The notes below the pieces were generated by a model. It was not told the origin of the DNA, ran no database searches, and was given only the letters and a program-made list of their open reading frames with translations. Position numbers and translations under genes: made by a program. A DNA stretch of 64,000 bases from Rikenellaceae bacterium (GTDB taxonomy: Bacteria > Bacteroidota > Bacteroidia > Bacteroidales > Rikenellaceae): contig JAJQEF010000016.1 of NCBI GenBank assembly GCA_021201795.1, positions 20,531 to 84,530 of the forward strand, read 5' to 3'. How positions within the stretch are numbered: the first letter of the stretch is position 1; every line of letters begins with the position of its first letter. Positions 19,477-29,310 of this stretch are shown piece by piece.

Positions 19477-20646
19477 TTAACCGAGGGATCCTAATAATAT
19501 ACCTGCAGCGACTGCACTGCCGATAACCCCGGCGACGTTCGGACCCATAGCGTGCATAAGAAGGTAATTAGTTTTATCGTATTTCAACCCCATATCGTGA
19601 GATACACGCGCAGCAGCAGGAACCGCCGATACGCCTGCATTGCCGATAAGAGGATTGATTTTATTATTTCCTTTAAGAAAGAGGTTCATTAATTTCACGA
19701 AAAGAACACCGCCCATAGTCGCTACGAAGAATGAACATGCGCCCAATATGAAGATTCCGAGGGAATCTTTTGTGAGGAATGTCGTAGCCTGTGTTGAAGC
19801 ACCTACCGTAAGACCGATAAGGATAGTTACGATATCTATAAGCGGACCGCCTGCCGTAGTCGCAAGACGTTTCGTAACACCGCTTTCCCTTAATAAATTG
19901 CCTAAGAATAGCATACCCAAAAGTGGAATAGCCGTAGGGACGAGGAATGTCGTCATAAGAAATCCTATGATAGGGAAAAATATCTTTTCGTTCTGTGAAA
20001 CCGGACGCGGCGGTTTCATTTTCATTACGCGTTCTTTTTTTGTAGTGAAAAGCCTCATAACTATCGGCTGAATAAGCGGTACCATTGCCATGTACGAATA
20101 TGCCGAGACGGCGACCGCACCCAAATATTCGGGCTTAAGTATCGATGTAAGGAATATAGCCGTTGGTCCGTCCGCACCTCCGATAATTGCAATCGATCCT
20201 GCTTCCGCACCGGTAAAACCGAGAGCAAGGGCTCCCATGTAAGCAATAAATATACCTACTTGTGCCGATGCTCCGACAAGCATGAGCTTAGGATTTGAGA
20301 TCAAAGCCGAGAAGTCCGTAAGCGCACCGATGCCGAGAAAGATCAGCGGAGGATACAGTCCCCGTTTGACCCCGAAATAGAGATAGTTAAGTACGGAACC
20401 TTCTTCGTAAATGCCGACTTCCATTCCCGGAACAAAAGGTATGTTACCGATAAGTATACCGAAGCCTATCGGCACGAGAAGCATAGGTTCGAATTTATGT
20501 CTGATAGCGAGATAAATGAAGAAAAGACCTACCGCTATCATGGCTATATGCGGCCATGTTACGTTGGCAAAGCCGGTTATCATCCAGAATTCTTTCAGAT
20601 TCTCCCCCAAGAAGGAGAGTAATCCTGTATTTGCTGCTTCCGTCAT
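19477..20646 (-). CDS. mmdB: sodium-translocating decarboxylase beta subunit
   Basis: Polytopic membrane protein of the OadB/MmdB family and last gene of the mce-mmd operon. The ORF extends to 20658 via a TTG start; the ATG at 20646 is preferred. Confidence 0.9.
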   Translation of the reverse strand: MTEAANTGLLSFLGENLKEFWMITGFANVTWPHIAMIAVGLFFIYLAIRHKFEPMLLVPIGFGILIGNIPFVPGMEVGIYEEGSVLNYLYFGVKRGLYPPLIFLGIGALTDFSALISNPKLMLVGASAQVGIFIAYMGALALGFTGAEAGSIAIIGGADGPTAIFLTSILKPEYLGAVAVSAYSYMAMVPLIQPIVMRLFTTKKERVMKMKPPRPVSQNEKIFFPIIGFLMTTFLVPTAIPLLGMLFLGNLLRESGVTKRLATTAGGPLIDIVTILIGLTVGASTQATTFLTKDSLGIFILGACSFFVATMGGVLFVKLMNLFLKGNNKINPLIGNAGVSAVPAAARVSHDMGLKYDKTNYLLMHAMGPNVAGVIGSAVAAGILLGSLG

Positions 20647-20647
20647 G

Positions 20648-21073
20648 TTACTCCACAATTATTAATGCGTCACCTTCCAGTACGGAGTCTCCATTGCCTA
20701 CTTTGACGGATTTCACGATTCCTTTCCTGTCCGATTCGATATTGTTCTCCATCTTCATAGCCTCGAGTACGCATATTCTGTCTCCGGCTTTGATCGATTG
20801 TCCTTCTTTTACCAGTATTTCCAGTATCACACCCGGGAGAGGACTTTTGATAGCGCCTGACGTTGCTGTAGGTCTTGGTTTCGGTTTTTCCCGTAGGTCG
20901 GGAGATATTGCGGGAGTCTGGCTTATTTTGGTTACTTTGGGAGTCGACTTCAGTCCCGCAACTTCCACTTCGTACTCTGCTCCGTTTACGGCAACTTTAG
21001 CAATTCCGTTGTCAACGTTGTTTATCGAAACATTATATTCGTTGCCGTGTATCTTGAATTTATATTCTTTCAT
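20648..21073 (-). CDS. mmdC: biotin carboxyl carrier subunit of methylmalonyl-CoA decarboxylase
   Basis: Pro/Ala-rich linker and the canonical biotinylation motif VLEAMKMEN. Confidence 0.9.
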   Translation of the reverse strand: MKEYKFKIHGNEYNVSINNVDNGIAKVAVNGAEYEVEVAGLKSTPKVTKISQTPAISPDLREKPKPRPTATSGAIKSPLPGVILEILVKEGQSIKAGDRICVLEAMKMENNIESDRKGIVKSVKVGNGDSVLEGDALIIVE

Positions 21074-21079
21074 TTTTGT

Positions 21080-21574
21080 TTACTTTTTGTAAGGGAACGG
21101 TCTCATGTTGTAAATCTTGGAGTTCCACGGAGAATAAACCCTTGCTACTTTATTGATAGTAAGAACAGTGGATTCATTGTCGTGAATATCGTTCTGGTAC
21201 ATTTCCAGCGCCATAGCTATAGCCGCGATGGTTTCACCGTTCGACAGGTCGCCAGCAGGTTTTTTGGAAGATTTTCCCGAAACTACCGAAGCCGGTTGTG
21301 TTTTTTTCTTCTTGCCTGCAGTAAGATTTTTCATTACTTTACCTAACAGTGTGAAGAAAATGAACAAAGTGAAAAGTATAGTCAAAACAACGGCCATTGC
21401 TGTAATGGTCAGTACAAGTCCCGAAGGGTCGCGTTCTACGAATAAATCGGCTTTGGAAGGAAAGTCTTCTGCCGTTGCTGTAACGCTTTCAGCTATGTCG
21501 TGTGCTTCCGCAAAAGAAGGAATTGCGAATACGGCAAATATAATGAAACAAATAAATAATACCTTTTTCATCAT
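21080..21574 (-). CDS. OadG-family small membrane subunit of the decarboxylase
   Basis: Position between the alpha and biotin subunits. TM helix, Lys-rich linker and the IAAIAMALEMY segment typical of OadG-like proteins. Confidence 0.7.
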   Translation of the reverse strand: MMKKVLFICFIIFAVFAIPSFAEAHDIAESVTATAEDFPSKADLFVERDPSGLVLTITAMAVVLTILFTLFIFFTLLGKVMKNLTAGKKKKTQPASVVSGKSSKKPAGDLSNGETIAAIAMALEMYQNDIHDNESTVLTINKVARVYSPWNSKIYNMRPFPYKK

Positions 21575-23136
21575 TATAAAGGAATATTTGAGTGTTTCTT
21601 AGCCGGATTAGCAAGCCTTTTGGTTGCAAGGGACTGTAATGCCCTGATCACGCGGAAACGTGTGTTCCGTGGTTCGATAACATCGTCGATATAGCCGTAC
21701 TTTGCCGCTACGTATGGGTTAGCGAACTTGTTGCGGTATTCATTCTCTTTCTCTTCTACGAGTTTTGCTTTTGCTTCAGGATCTTCAACTGCCGCTATTT
21801 CTTTGGATGCAAGTATTTCTATTGCACCTGAAGGGCCCATTACCGCTATTTCAGCAGTAGGCCATGCGTAGTTTATGTCTCCGCGAAGATGTTTTGAACT
21901 CATCACGCAGTATGCACCGCCATAGGATTTACGTAAAGTAACCGCTACTTTAGGAACGGTAGCTTCGCCGTATGCGAAAAGAAGTTTTGCGCCGTGAACG
22001 ATAACTCCGCCGTATTCCTGACCTGTTCCAGGGAGGAATCCCGGAACATCGATCAATGTAACGATAGGAATGTTGAATGCGTCGCAGAAGCGAACGAAAC
22101 GTGCCGCTTTGCGTGAAGCGTTGATATCGAGTACTCCCGCAAGATATTTAGGCTGGTTCGCCACGATACCCACGGATTGACCGTTGAATCTCGCAAAACA
22201 TGTTATGATGTTAGGCGCGAAATTTTTCTGTGATTCCAGATAGTCGCCGTTGTCTACGATGGCCTCGATAACTTCGTACATATCGTAAGGTTTGTTGGGA
22301 CTATCCGGTATTATTTCATTAAGCGAATCTTCGAGTCTGCTGATGCTGTCCGTATTAACAGCCAGCTGTGCATCTTCAAGGTTATTTTGAGGTATAAAGC
22401 TGAGAAGCTTGCGGATCAATGCCGCTCCTTCTTCTTCCGTATCGACAACAAAGTGAGCGACGCCTGATTTTGAAGAGTGTACGGATGCGCCGCCTAACTG
22501 CTCCTGGGTAACGTCTTCACCGGTAACGGTTTTGACTACTTTAGGACCGGTAAGGAACATGTAGCTCGTTTCTTTCTTCATTATCACGAAATCGGTTAGG
22601 GCAGGGGAGTATACAGCACCTCCCGCACAAGGGCCGAAAATTTCAGATATCTGGGGGATTACTCCCGACGCAAGTATATTTCTCTGGAAAATTTCCGCGT
22701 ATCCTGCGAGTGCATTTACTCCTTCCTGGATACGTGCTCCTCCCGAGTCGTTAAGTCCTATGACAGGAGCTCCGGTTTTCATCGCAGTATCCATGACTTT
22801 GCATATTTTGCCGGCCATAGTCTCTGATAACGAACCGCCGAATACTGTGAAATCCTGTGCGTAAATATACACTAGTCTCCCTTCTATGGTACCGTAGCCC
22901 GTTACCACACCGTCTCCGTAATAGGATTCTTTGTCGATCCCGAAGTTGTTGCATTTATGAGTTACGAACATGTCGAACTCTTCGAAACTGCCTTCGTCCA
23001 ACAGGAGTTCAATTCTTTCCCTTGCGGTTAATTTTCCCTTTGCATGTTGCGAAGCGATCCTTTTCTCTCCACCACCGTTCTTCGCCTTGATGCGAAGGTC
23101 GATCAGTTCTTCTACTTTTTTCTGAATGTTGCTCAT
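21574..23136 (-). CDS. mmdA: methylmalonyl-CoA decarboxylase alpha (carboxyltransferase) subunit
   Basis: 520 aa. [16 protein letters not shown] and VANQP..AGVLDI motifs. Stop overlaps the next start (TAATG). Confidence 0.93.
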   Translation of the reverse strand: MSNIQKKVEELIDLRIKAKNGGGEKRIASQHAKGKLTARERIELLLDEGSFEEFDMFVTHKCNNFGIDKESYYGDGVVTGYGTIEGRLVYIYAQDFTVFGGSLSETMAGKICKVMDTAMKTGAPVIGLNDSGGARIQEGVNALAGYAEIFQRNILASGVIPQISEIFGPCAGGAVYSPALTDFVIMKKETSYMFLTGPKVVKTVTGEDVTQEQLGGASVHSSKSGVAHFVVDTEEEGAALIRKLLSFIPQNNLEDAQLAVNTDSISRLEDSLNEIIPDSPNKPYDMYEVIEAIVDNGDYLESQKNFAPNIITCFARFNGQSVGIVANQPKYLAGVLDINASRKAARFVRFCDAFNIPIVTLIDVPGFLPGTGQEYGGVIVHGAKLLFAYGEATVPKVAVTLRKSYGGAYCVMSSKHLRGDINYAWPTAEIAVMGPSGAIEILASKEIAAVEDPEAKAKLVEEKENEYRNKFANPYVAAKYGYIDDVIEPRNTRFRVIRALQSLATKRLANPAKKHSNIPL

Positions 23137-23148
23137 TATCCTTTAAAA

Positions 23149-23559
23149 TTACTTGTTTTTGTCCTCGCAGAGTTCAGTTAATACCCCATGAGTAGATTTC
23201 GGATGGAGAAAAGCGATACTTAAACCTTCCGCACCTTTTCTCGGAGCCTGGTCGATCAGTTTTATTCCTGCATCGGAACATTCCTGAAGGGCTCCTTCAA
23301 GATTATTGACGGCAAATGCAATGTGATGCACGCCTTCGCCTTTTTTTTCAATGAACTTTGCAACAGAGCTGTCTTCGCTTGTTGCCTCGAGCAGTTCGAT
23401 CTTGGTCTGCCCGACCTTAAAAAAGGCCGTTTTTACTTTCTGATCCGCTACTTCTTCGATGCTGTAGCATTTGATTCCCAAGACATTTTCATAATAGGGA
23501 ATCGCTTCCTCGAGATTTTTTACGGCAATCCCGATGTGCTCGATGTGTGTTAAGTTCAT
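23149..23559 (-). CDS. mce: methylmalonyl-CoA epimerase
   Basis: 136-aa VOC fold (HIGIAV.., GEGVHHIAF) directly upstream of mmdA. Confidence 0.88.
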   Translation of the reverse strand: MNLTHIEHIGIAVKNLEEAIPYYENVLGIKCYSIEEVADQKVKTAFFKVGQTKIELLEATSEDSSVAKFIEKKGEGVHHIAFAVNNLEGALQECSDAGIKLIDQAPRKGAEGLSIAFLHPKSTHGVLTELCEDKNK

Positions 23560-23603
23560 TTTTATGTTTTTAATGTTTTACTAATGTTTTGAAAATCGAC
23601 CTA

Positions 23604-23611
23604 CAAAAATA
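23604..23611 (-). promoter_or_regulatory. -7 promoter motif TATTTTTG
   Basis: The reverse complement of caaaaata lies 45 nt upstream of the mce ATG. Confidence 0.4.
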
Positions 23612-23708
23612 GTGGTAAACAATGAATTTATGTTCATTTTAAGCCTATAATTATAAAAAAAAGAATATGTTCTACAGCATGTGTTTTATTTCCGGAAGTT
23701 TCTTTGGG

Positions 23709-24827
23709 TCAAATAAGTTTTCGGTATACCGAATAAAGTCCTGAAGCCACCTCTTTGTCCCTGAATTTTAAGGAATAATTCCTTCCCTTATCTATCAATT
23801 CTTTTACCGCTTTTTTATCGAAAAGTATCGTGTTTATTGCCGAGGCCATTTCTTCGATGTTATGGGGATCGATATATATGCAGGCGTCTCCTCCTGTTTC
23901 AGGGAATACCCCGCCGCGGGAAGTTATAATCGGGACGCCGCTGTTCATGCCTTCGAGTATCGGTATTCCGAAACCTTCGTAAAAAGATGCGTAGACGAGT
24001 CCCTCGGACATCTGGTAAATTGATGGAAGATCGGAGAATTTAAGGTTGTGGATAAAATGCAGTTTGTTTCGGATGCCTTTATTTTCTGCATATTCGAGTA
24101 TTTTATCCGCATAAGGAGTATGCCGTCCGCATGCGACGACATCTATGTCTATCTTATGTTCAGCAATAGCTTTAACTGCCGACAGTAAATTTTTGCGCTT
24201 CTCTATCGTTCCCACGCTTAACAGAAATTTTCCGGGCAGATTATATTTTTTACGTACCGTGTTTTTGTTTTCTTCATCTGCAATTTCATAAAACATCGGA
24301 TCGCAGCCCTGATATACCACGTCGATTTTTTCCGGAGCGATCTGCCATACGTTCACAAGATCGTTCCTTGTTTGTTCGCTGATAGCTATTATCCTGTCAG
24401 CATTTTCACAGCTTTTACGATATTTTTTAGTATACAGATATCTGTCGAGAGGTTTATATAATTCGGGAAAATGTATGAAAATTATATCGTGCATGGTCAG
24501 TACAGACCTGGCTCGGGATTTTTTTATATCCGAAGGAAGTTCGTTGCTGAGTCCGTGAAAAATATCTATACTGTTCTTAACGATATCGTTAGAAAGGGCA
24601 TAGCTTCTCCATAAGGATGGAAATTTCTTATGAAGAAAAATTTCAGGGTATATTACGGACATATTCGGTTGAACAAGGAAATTTACACGGCTCTCTTTTT
24701 TAGGAGAGAAAAGAAAATATTCGTTTTCAGGAAAATATTCCGAAAGCAGGTTCACCGCTCCCCTGCTGTAATTTCCGAGACCGCTGTTGTTGAAAAAAAT
24801 TCTTTTTGCGTCGAATCCTATTTTCAT
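23709..24827 (-). CDS. glycosyltransferase family 4 (GT1-type fold)
   Basis: EGFGIPILEGM (E-x7-E region). 372 aa. One of three genes in the window ending in TGA. Confidence 0.8.
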   Translation of the reverse strand: MKIGFDAKRIFFNNSGLGNYSRGAVNLLSEYFPENEYFLFSPKKESRVNFLVQPNMSVIYPEIFLHKKFPSLWRSYALSNDIVKNSIDIFHGLSNELPSDIKKSRARSVLTMHDIIFIHFPELYKPLDRYLYTKKYRKSCENADRIIAISEQTRNDLVNVWQIAPEKIDVVYQGCDPMFYEIADEENKNTVRKKYNLPGKFLLSVGTIEKRKNLLSAVKAIAEHKIDIDVVACGRHTPYADKILEYAENKGIRNKLHFIHNLKFSDLPSIYQMSEGLVYASFYEGFGIPILEGMNSGVPIITSRGGVFPETGGDACIYIDPHNIEEMASAINTILFDKKAVKELIDKGRNYSLKFRDKEVASGLYSVYRKLI

Positions 24828-25216
24828 TCCACTTTTCCCCTTATGGTTAATAATACCGGACTTTTGTCCGCATTTGTTTTTACTTCGACTATTTTATAAA
24901 AAACACCTTCTTCTTTGGATTTGAACGTGACAGTTAATTTGTCCCTCTCTCCTGGAAGGAGAGGCTTTTTGGTCCATTTCACTCTGGTGCAGGTACACGT
25001 TTTTTTTACCGATTCAATAATTAAAGGCCTGTTTCCGTTATTATTATACGTGAACTCGAACTCGACGCTTTCGTTTTTGGAAATATTCCCGAAATCATGG
25101 GCAATAGTTTCAAAAGATATCTCCGGAGTTTGTTTGCCTGCCGCGGATTCGCTTTGCGAAAATACCTGAAAACACGGTAATGAAATGAATAATAATAGAA
25201 TGATCTTTTTTATCAT
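24824..25216 (-). CDS. DUF1573 domain protein
   Basis: Signal peptide MIKKIILLLFISLPCFQVFSQ, then FETIAHDFGNI..TCTCT.. typical of DUF1573. ATGA stop/start overlap with the GT gene. The ORF extends to 25264. Confidence 0.65.
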   Translation of the reverse strand: MIKKIILLLFISLPCFQVFSQSESAAGKQTPEISFETIAHDFGNISKNESVEFEFTYNNNGNRPLIIESVKKTCTCTRVKWTKKPLLPGERDKLTVTFKSKEEGVFYKIVEVKTNADKSPVLLTIRGKVE

Positions 25217-25316
25217 AGGGCCGGTGAAGGTATTTAAAATATTGATATGTATTAAAAAATTCATATATTTATTCCGAAACTAACTAAAATATCAGAACAA
25301 ATCTACAAATAAAATC

Positions 25317-25784
25317 ATGCAGAGGAAATTATATATAAGTATTCTATTTCTCACGGCATTAATTTTTTCGGTTAATGCCCAGAGGATAGTTATCGGAGAG
25401 AAGGCCCCTGATGTGAAAGTAGCTGTATGGGACAGGGACATTGCACCCAAGTCCGTTTCAAAGGCTGTTCTGCTGGATTTTTTCCATTCTGCCAACGATC
25501 AGTGTGTTAAAAATATGCCCGTACTCAATTCGTTGCAGGAAAAATACGGTGATAAATTAAGCGTTATAATTATTACCCGTGAGACCGGCGACAAAATGGC
25601 ACCTATTATCAATGGCAAAAATTACCGGTTTTTTGTGGGCTACGACGGTGAAGGCAAAACTTTTACTTCGTACGGCGTAAGGTTCGTGCCGTTCAGCGTT
25701 CTTATAAATTCCGGCGGGCGTGTTGCATGGACAGGGAATATTTCATCGCTTACTGAAGATGTAATCAATAAAGCATTGAGATAA
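25317..25784 (+). CDS. TlpA/thioredoxin-like fold protein lacking CXXC
   Basis: Signal peptide. VLLDFFHSANDQCVKNMP occupies the place of the usual VLVDFWATWCGPC motif, so only one Cys remains. Confidence 0.6.
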   Translation: MQRKLYISILFLTALIFSVNAQRIVIGEKAPDVKVAVWDRDIAPKSVSKAVLLDFFHSANDQCVKNMPVLNSLQEKYGDKLSVIIITRETGDKMAPIINGKNYRFFVGYDGEGKTFTSYGVRFVPFSVLINSGGRVAWTGNISSLTEDVINKALR

Positions 25785-26263
25785 AAACGACACTTTAAAA
25801 TGATGTGGTTCCCTTAAATGGAATAACAATATAATAATGTGGCCCATTAAAATAGGACTTGGATTCTATTTAGACTTTGTATTCTTCATTGTTCTTGGCG
25901 CATCGGGATTCTCTTCATCAAGCGATCCGCGATAATGCATACATCCGGACATGAATTGCAGCCAATCCGGAACTTCTATGGATGTGTAATATCTTTCAGG
26001 CGGTAGATTCCATAAACCAGGTTGGAACCAACGCCATTCGTGTCCCATAACATCCCGGATAACTGATCCTTCGCGTAATTTTTACTTCGTCAATGAGTTA
26101 TTCCCGTGACATGTCATTCAGATCGTTATCCATAACGCTTGTATTAATTCGAATATAAACAATATTTTACTTCATCTGACTGGAGGCATCGAACTACATA
26201 CGACGCGACTTTTCTTTAATTTTCGTGGTTTAATTTAATTAAAAGTTTACAGCGTATCTCATA

Positions 26264-26302
26264 AAGCACCCCAAAAGTCGAACTTTAACTTTTGGGGTGC
26301 TT
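26264..26302 (-). terminator. perfect 15-bp stem hairpin downstream of the glycoside hydrolase gene
   Basis: aagcaccccaaaagt-(9 nt)-acttttggggtgctt. No clear U-tract on the minus strand. Confidence 0.5.
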
Positions 26303-26328
26303 CCAAAAAGATACGTTTTTTTATTTAA

Positions 26329-29211
26329 TTATTCAGCTTCCTTTAAGGGAGTTAATGTTACATCTCCTAAAAGTCCCGATGCCATCGGATTCCATTTTGC
26401 TGCAGAGAATTTACCGTCAGGACCGGTATTATCCCTTCTTCTCGCAGGGAAGTTAGTATTGTAGAAAATTCTCCAGTTTACATTTCTCTTGTCGAGATCC
26501 GCGATCCTGTTCGCCATAAGATTACTTACCCGTACCTTAAGTTCGTCGTTGCCCTTGAACATATTGTCAGAAATTACTATAGAGTATGGGTGGTTTATCA
26601 TTGTGCCGATATACTCACCGTTAAGGTATACCGAGGCACTCTCTTTTACATTACCGAGATCCAGCAGCCATTCGTTTATGCCTTCCGGCAATGCCGGAAG
26701 AATAGTCGTATATTCAGCAGTGCCGGAGAATATCGAATATTCCTGTCCGTATTCGGTCCATGAACCCAGATCCGCCACAATTTTTTTAGCCGGAAGGTTA
26801 GGGCCCCCTTTAATAAATTCTACCTCCCATTTTCCCGATAATGTTATTGCTTGTCCGTTTTTTTCATAGAACGGATATATTTTACCGGAATATTTTCCTT
26901 TAAAGGTCTCGACAATAATCGATTCCTGTGAATCCAGTTGTATATATATTTCGGTTTTGCCGTCGGAGATGCGTGTTCTCGCATAACCGTCTGTACCGTG
27001 CATAGGATCGTACAGTGCCGCAGAACCCAGTTCCGTGTTAAGTGCTACCCATCCGTCGAATTTATTTTTCGATGTATTTTTTATAAAATAATAATAGTTG
27101 CCGTCGTCTTTAACCCTTCTTATGGACTGAAGACCGTCGGTATACATTTTTTCCGGAGAAATGCCGGAATTTTCGAAAAGTGTCTTAATATCTGCCGACA
27201 TAATGATCTTTCCTTTGCCGTAATCAGCAGTAAGGAGTTGGTCGGAAACTTCTTTAAATGAAATTTTGTCTTTGATGGTTTCCATTTTCTTTCTCGATTT
27301 TTCGAGACCGGACAGCCCCGGAACATCGGACGGAAGCTCTTTAAAGAAAAGTATCGTTGATCCTTTATCCGCAAGTTCGGCAAGTTTTTCGAATGTTTCG
27401 ACTGGCATATGATGGGAAAAAGGTACAGCTATAACCTTGTAATTATTACCTCCCGTGACAAGCTGTCCGCCCGAATATGAAACATCCTGTAACTGCTTGT
27501 CGGATATCGCGTCCCATGAATAGCCGTTTTGAGTTAAATAATCTCCACATTCTTTAATTGAAATATTATTGAAAAAATCCCCCGAGTGAAAATGTTTCAG
27601 CATACTTCTGCCTGGTGAGGACCATACATCCGAAATATTAAAGTAAAGTAAAATGTCGTTAGATGGTCTTCCTTCCTGTAAGAAACTCTGAGAGCGGGTA
27701 ATATATTGATTTAACGTTCCGAAATCTTCCCAGAAACTGTTTTGAGGGGCGAAATGCACTGCTGCATAGAATAATCTTCCCGGCCATTCCGCATCTTCCG
27801 GCGAATATGCCGTACCGTGGTAGAAAATATGGTTGACTCCTGCCAGAAGGAAGTTGTCGAGTACGTTTTTTACATCGCCGAGAGTGGAGTGAAAATGTTC
27901 GTTTAGCCAGGTTGCCGATTCGGAGGATACTAATTTTTTTCCTGTAACATGCGCCGCAGAAGGAGCGCTTTTAAGATTGACTATATCGCGGCCTTCGATT
28001 TCCGGTATATCGCTTGCCGCATAGAGATCGAGTACGTTCGCAGGAGATCCATGGGATTGGTTTCTTATTCCTTTGCCTTTATCTGCCGCCCATTTCTGCC
28101 ATGCCATGGTGTATTTTTCGAGAAGAAGATCCCCGATAGTTACACGGTAGTCATATATAACTCGTGAATTGGTATCGTCGTTATCCAATCCCAATAATGC
28201 GGGAATATATTTTCTAAGGTCGTATCCGCGCCTTTTTTCGAATTCTTTAAAAAACTCCGGGGTCCATGTGGATTCTCCGTTGGCATCGTCAACTTCATAA
28301 GAGTCATTGAAAAAATATCTCAGATAACTTAGGTCATAACCTTTAAATGCATCGTCGAACCTTGCAAGATATTTTAAGAGTGCCTCTTCCGAGAAATGGT
28401 CTATTACATTCCCTTCGCCTCCCGGACCTGCACGTTCCACCATCTTGCCATGATTGCCCTGATATAGTGCACAAACTATCCATTCTCCATCTCCCGGAGC
28501 CGTCCATTCCAACCGTTTGTCTTTTACCTGATTCGTAAGGTCTATTACCTCATCGGATCCGATTTTATTTGCTGTTACGATTATCAACGGAAGTTCCTGT
28601 GGATAACGTATCTGGTCGAAAGCGTAATCCTGGAGATTTTCATTTGCTGTTACAGGATATTTTATCTGGTCTACGGTGACTTTAAGTCCTTCTGTTTTTA
28701 TATATGGTTTTTGAGTAAAGGACATCGATTCCGAAAAAGTACCGCCTTCTTCGACTCTGAATACTGAAGAAGCTATATATTTACATTCGATTTCTTCGTC
28801 GACCCACGGACCGCCGAACGGCCATCCGGATGCGTTGGCAAGATCGACCCCGAGTCCGAGCCTTTTAGCTTCGTTTAGGGTATACATAAGTTTATCCATC
28901 CATTCAGGCGAAAGGAAATCTATGAACTGATCCTCTTCTCCCCGTACACCGTAAATAGGGGTTATTTCTACTCCCCCGAGCCCGGACTTCTGATATTCTT
29001 CCAGAGTATATTTTAGTCCTTCTTCCGTGACTGCGCTTCCGTGCCACCACCACCGCGTCCAGGGTTTGGTTTCCTGTTGGATTTCGGGCCATTGAATGTT
29101 CCCTGTTTCCTTAATATACCTGGATTTTTTTTCGCCGCATCCGTATAATCCGGTCGTTAATGCAAGGGCCAAAAATATTCCCGTTAACGAACTGGTAATT
29201 TTTTTAGGCAT
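26329..29211 (-). CDS. large lipoprotein glycoside hydrolase (GH106-like, putative alpha-L-rhamnosidase family)
   Basis: Lipobox LTTGLYGC. N-terminal KPWTRWWWHGSAV..GLGGVEITPIYG. C-terminal GH2-type sugar-binding-like module (ASVYLNGEYIG). The family assignment is from memory only. Confidence 0.55.
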   Translation of the reverse strand: MPKKITSSLTGIFLALALTTGLYGCGEKKSRYIKETGNIQWPEIQQETKPWTRWWWHGSAVTEEGLKYTLEEYQKSGLGGVEITPIYGVRGEEDQFIDFLSPEWMDKLMYTLNEAKRLGLGVDLANASGWPFGGPWVDEEIECKYIASSVFRVEEGGTFSESMSFTQKPYIKTEGLKVTVDQIKYPVTANENLQDYAFDQIRYPQELPLIIVTANKIGSDEVIDLTNQVKDKRLEWTAPGDGEWIVCALYQGNHGKMVERAGPGGEGNVIDHFSEEALLKYLARFDDAFKGYDLSYLRYFFNDSYEVDDANGESTWTPEFFKEFEKRRGYDLRKYIPALLGLDNDDTNSRVIYDYRVTIGDLLLEKYTMAWQKWAADKGKGIRNQSHGSPANVLDLYAASDIPEIEGRDIVNLKSAPSAAHVTGKKLVSSESATWLNEHFHSTLGDVKNVLDNFLLAGVNHIFYHGTAYSPEDAEWPGRLFYAAVHFAPQNSFWEDFGTLNQYITRSQSFLQEGRPSNDILLYFNISDVWSSPGRSMLKHFHSGDFFNNISIKECGDYLTQNGYSWDAISDKQLQDVSYSGGQLVTGGNNYKVIAVPFSHHMPVETFEKLAELADKGSTILFFKELPSDVPGLSGLEKSRKKMETIKDKISFKEVSDQLLTADYGKGKIIMSADIKTLFENSGISPEKMYTDGLQSIRRVKDDGNYYYFIKNTSKNKFDGWVALNTELGSAALYDPMHGTDGYARTRISDGKTEIYIQLDSQESIIVETFKGKYSGKIYPFYEKNGQAITLSGKWEVEFIKGGPNLPAKKIVADLGSWTEYGQEYSIFSGTAEYTTILPALPEGINEWLLDLGNVKESASVYLNGEYIGTMINHPYSIVISDNMFKGNDELKVRVSNLMANRIADLDKRNVNWRIFYNTNFPARRRDNTGPDGKFSAAKWNPMASGLLGDVTLTPLKEAE

Positions 29212-29310
29212 TTTTTAGTAGTTTAGTGTTTTGTTATGCAAAGTTAAAGTATTTGAAAATAAAAGTTTAAATAGGAAATTATATATTCATTAAAACCAAC
29301 TGAAACAGAA

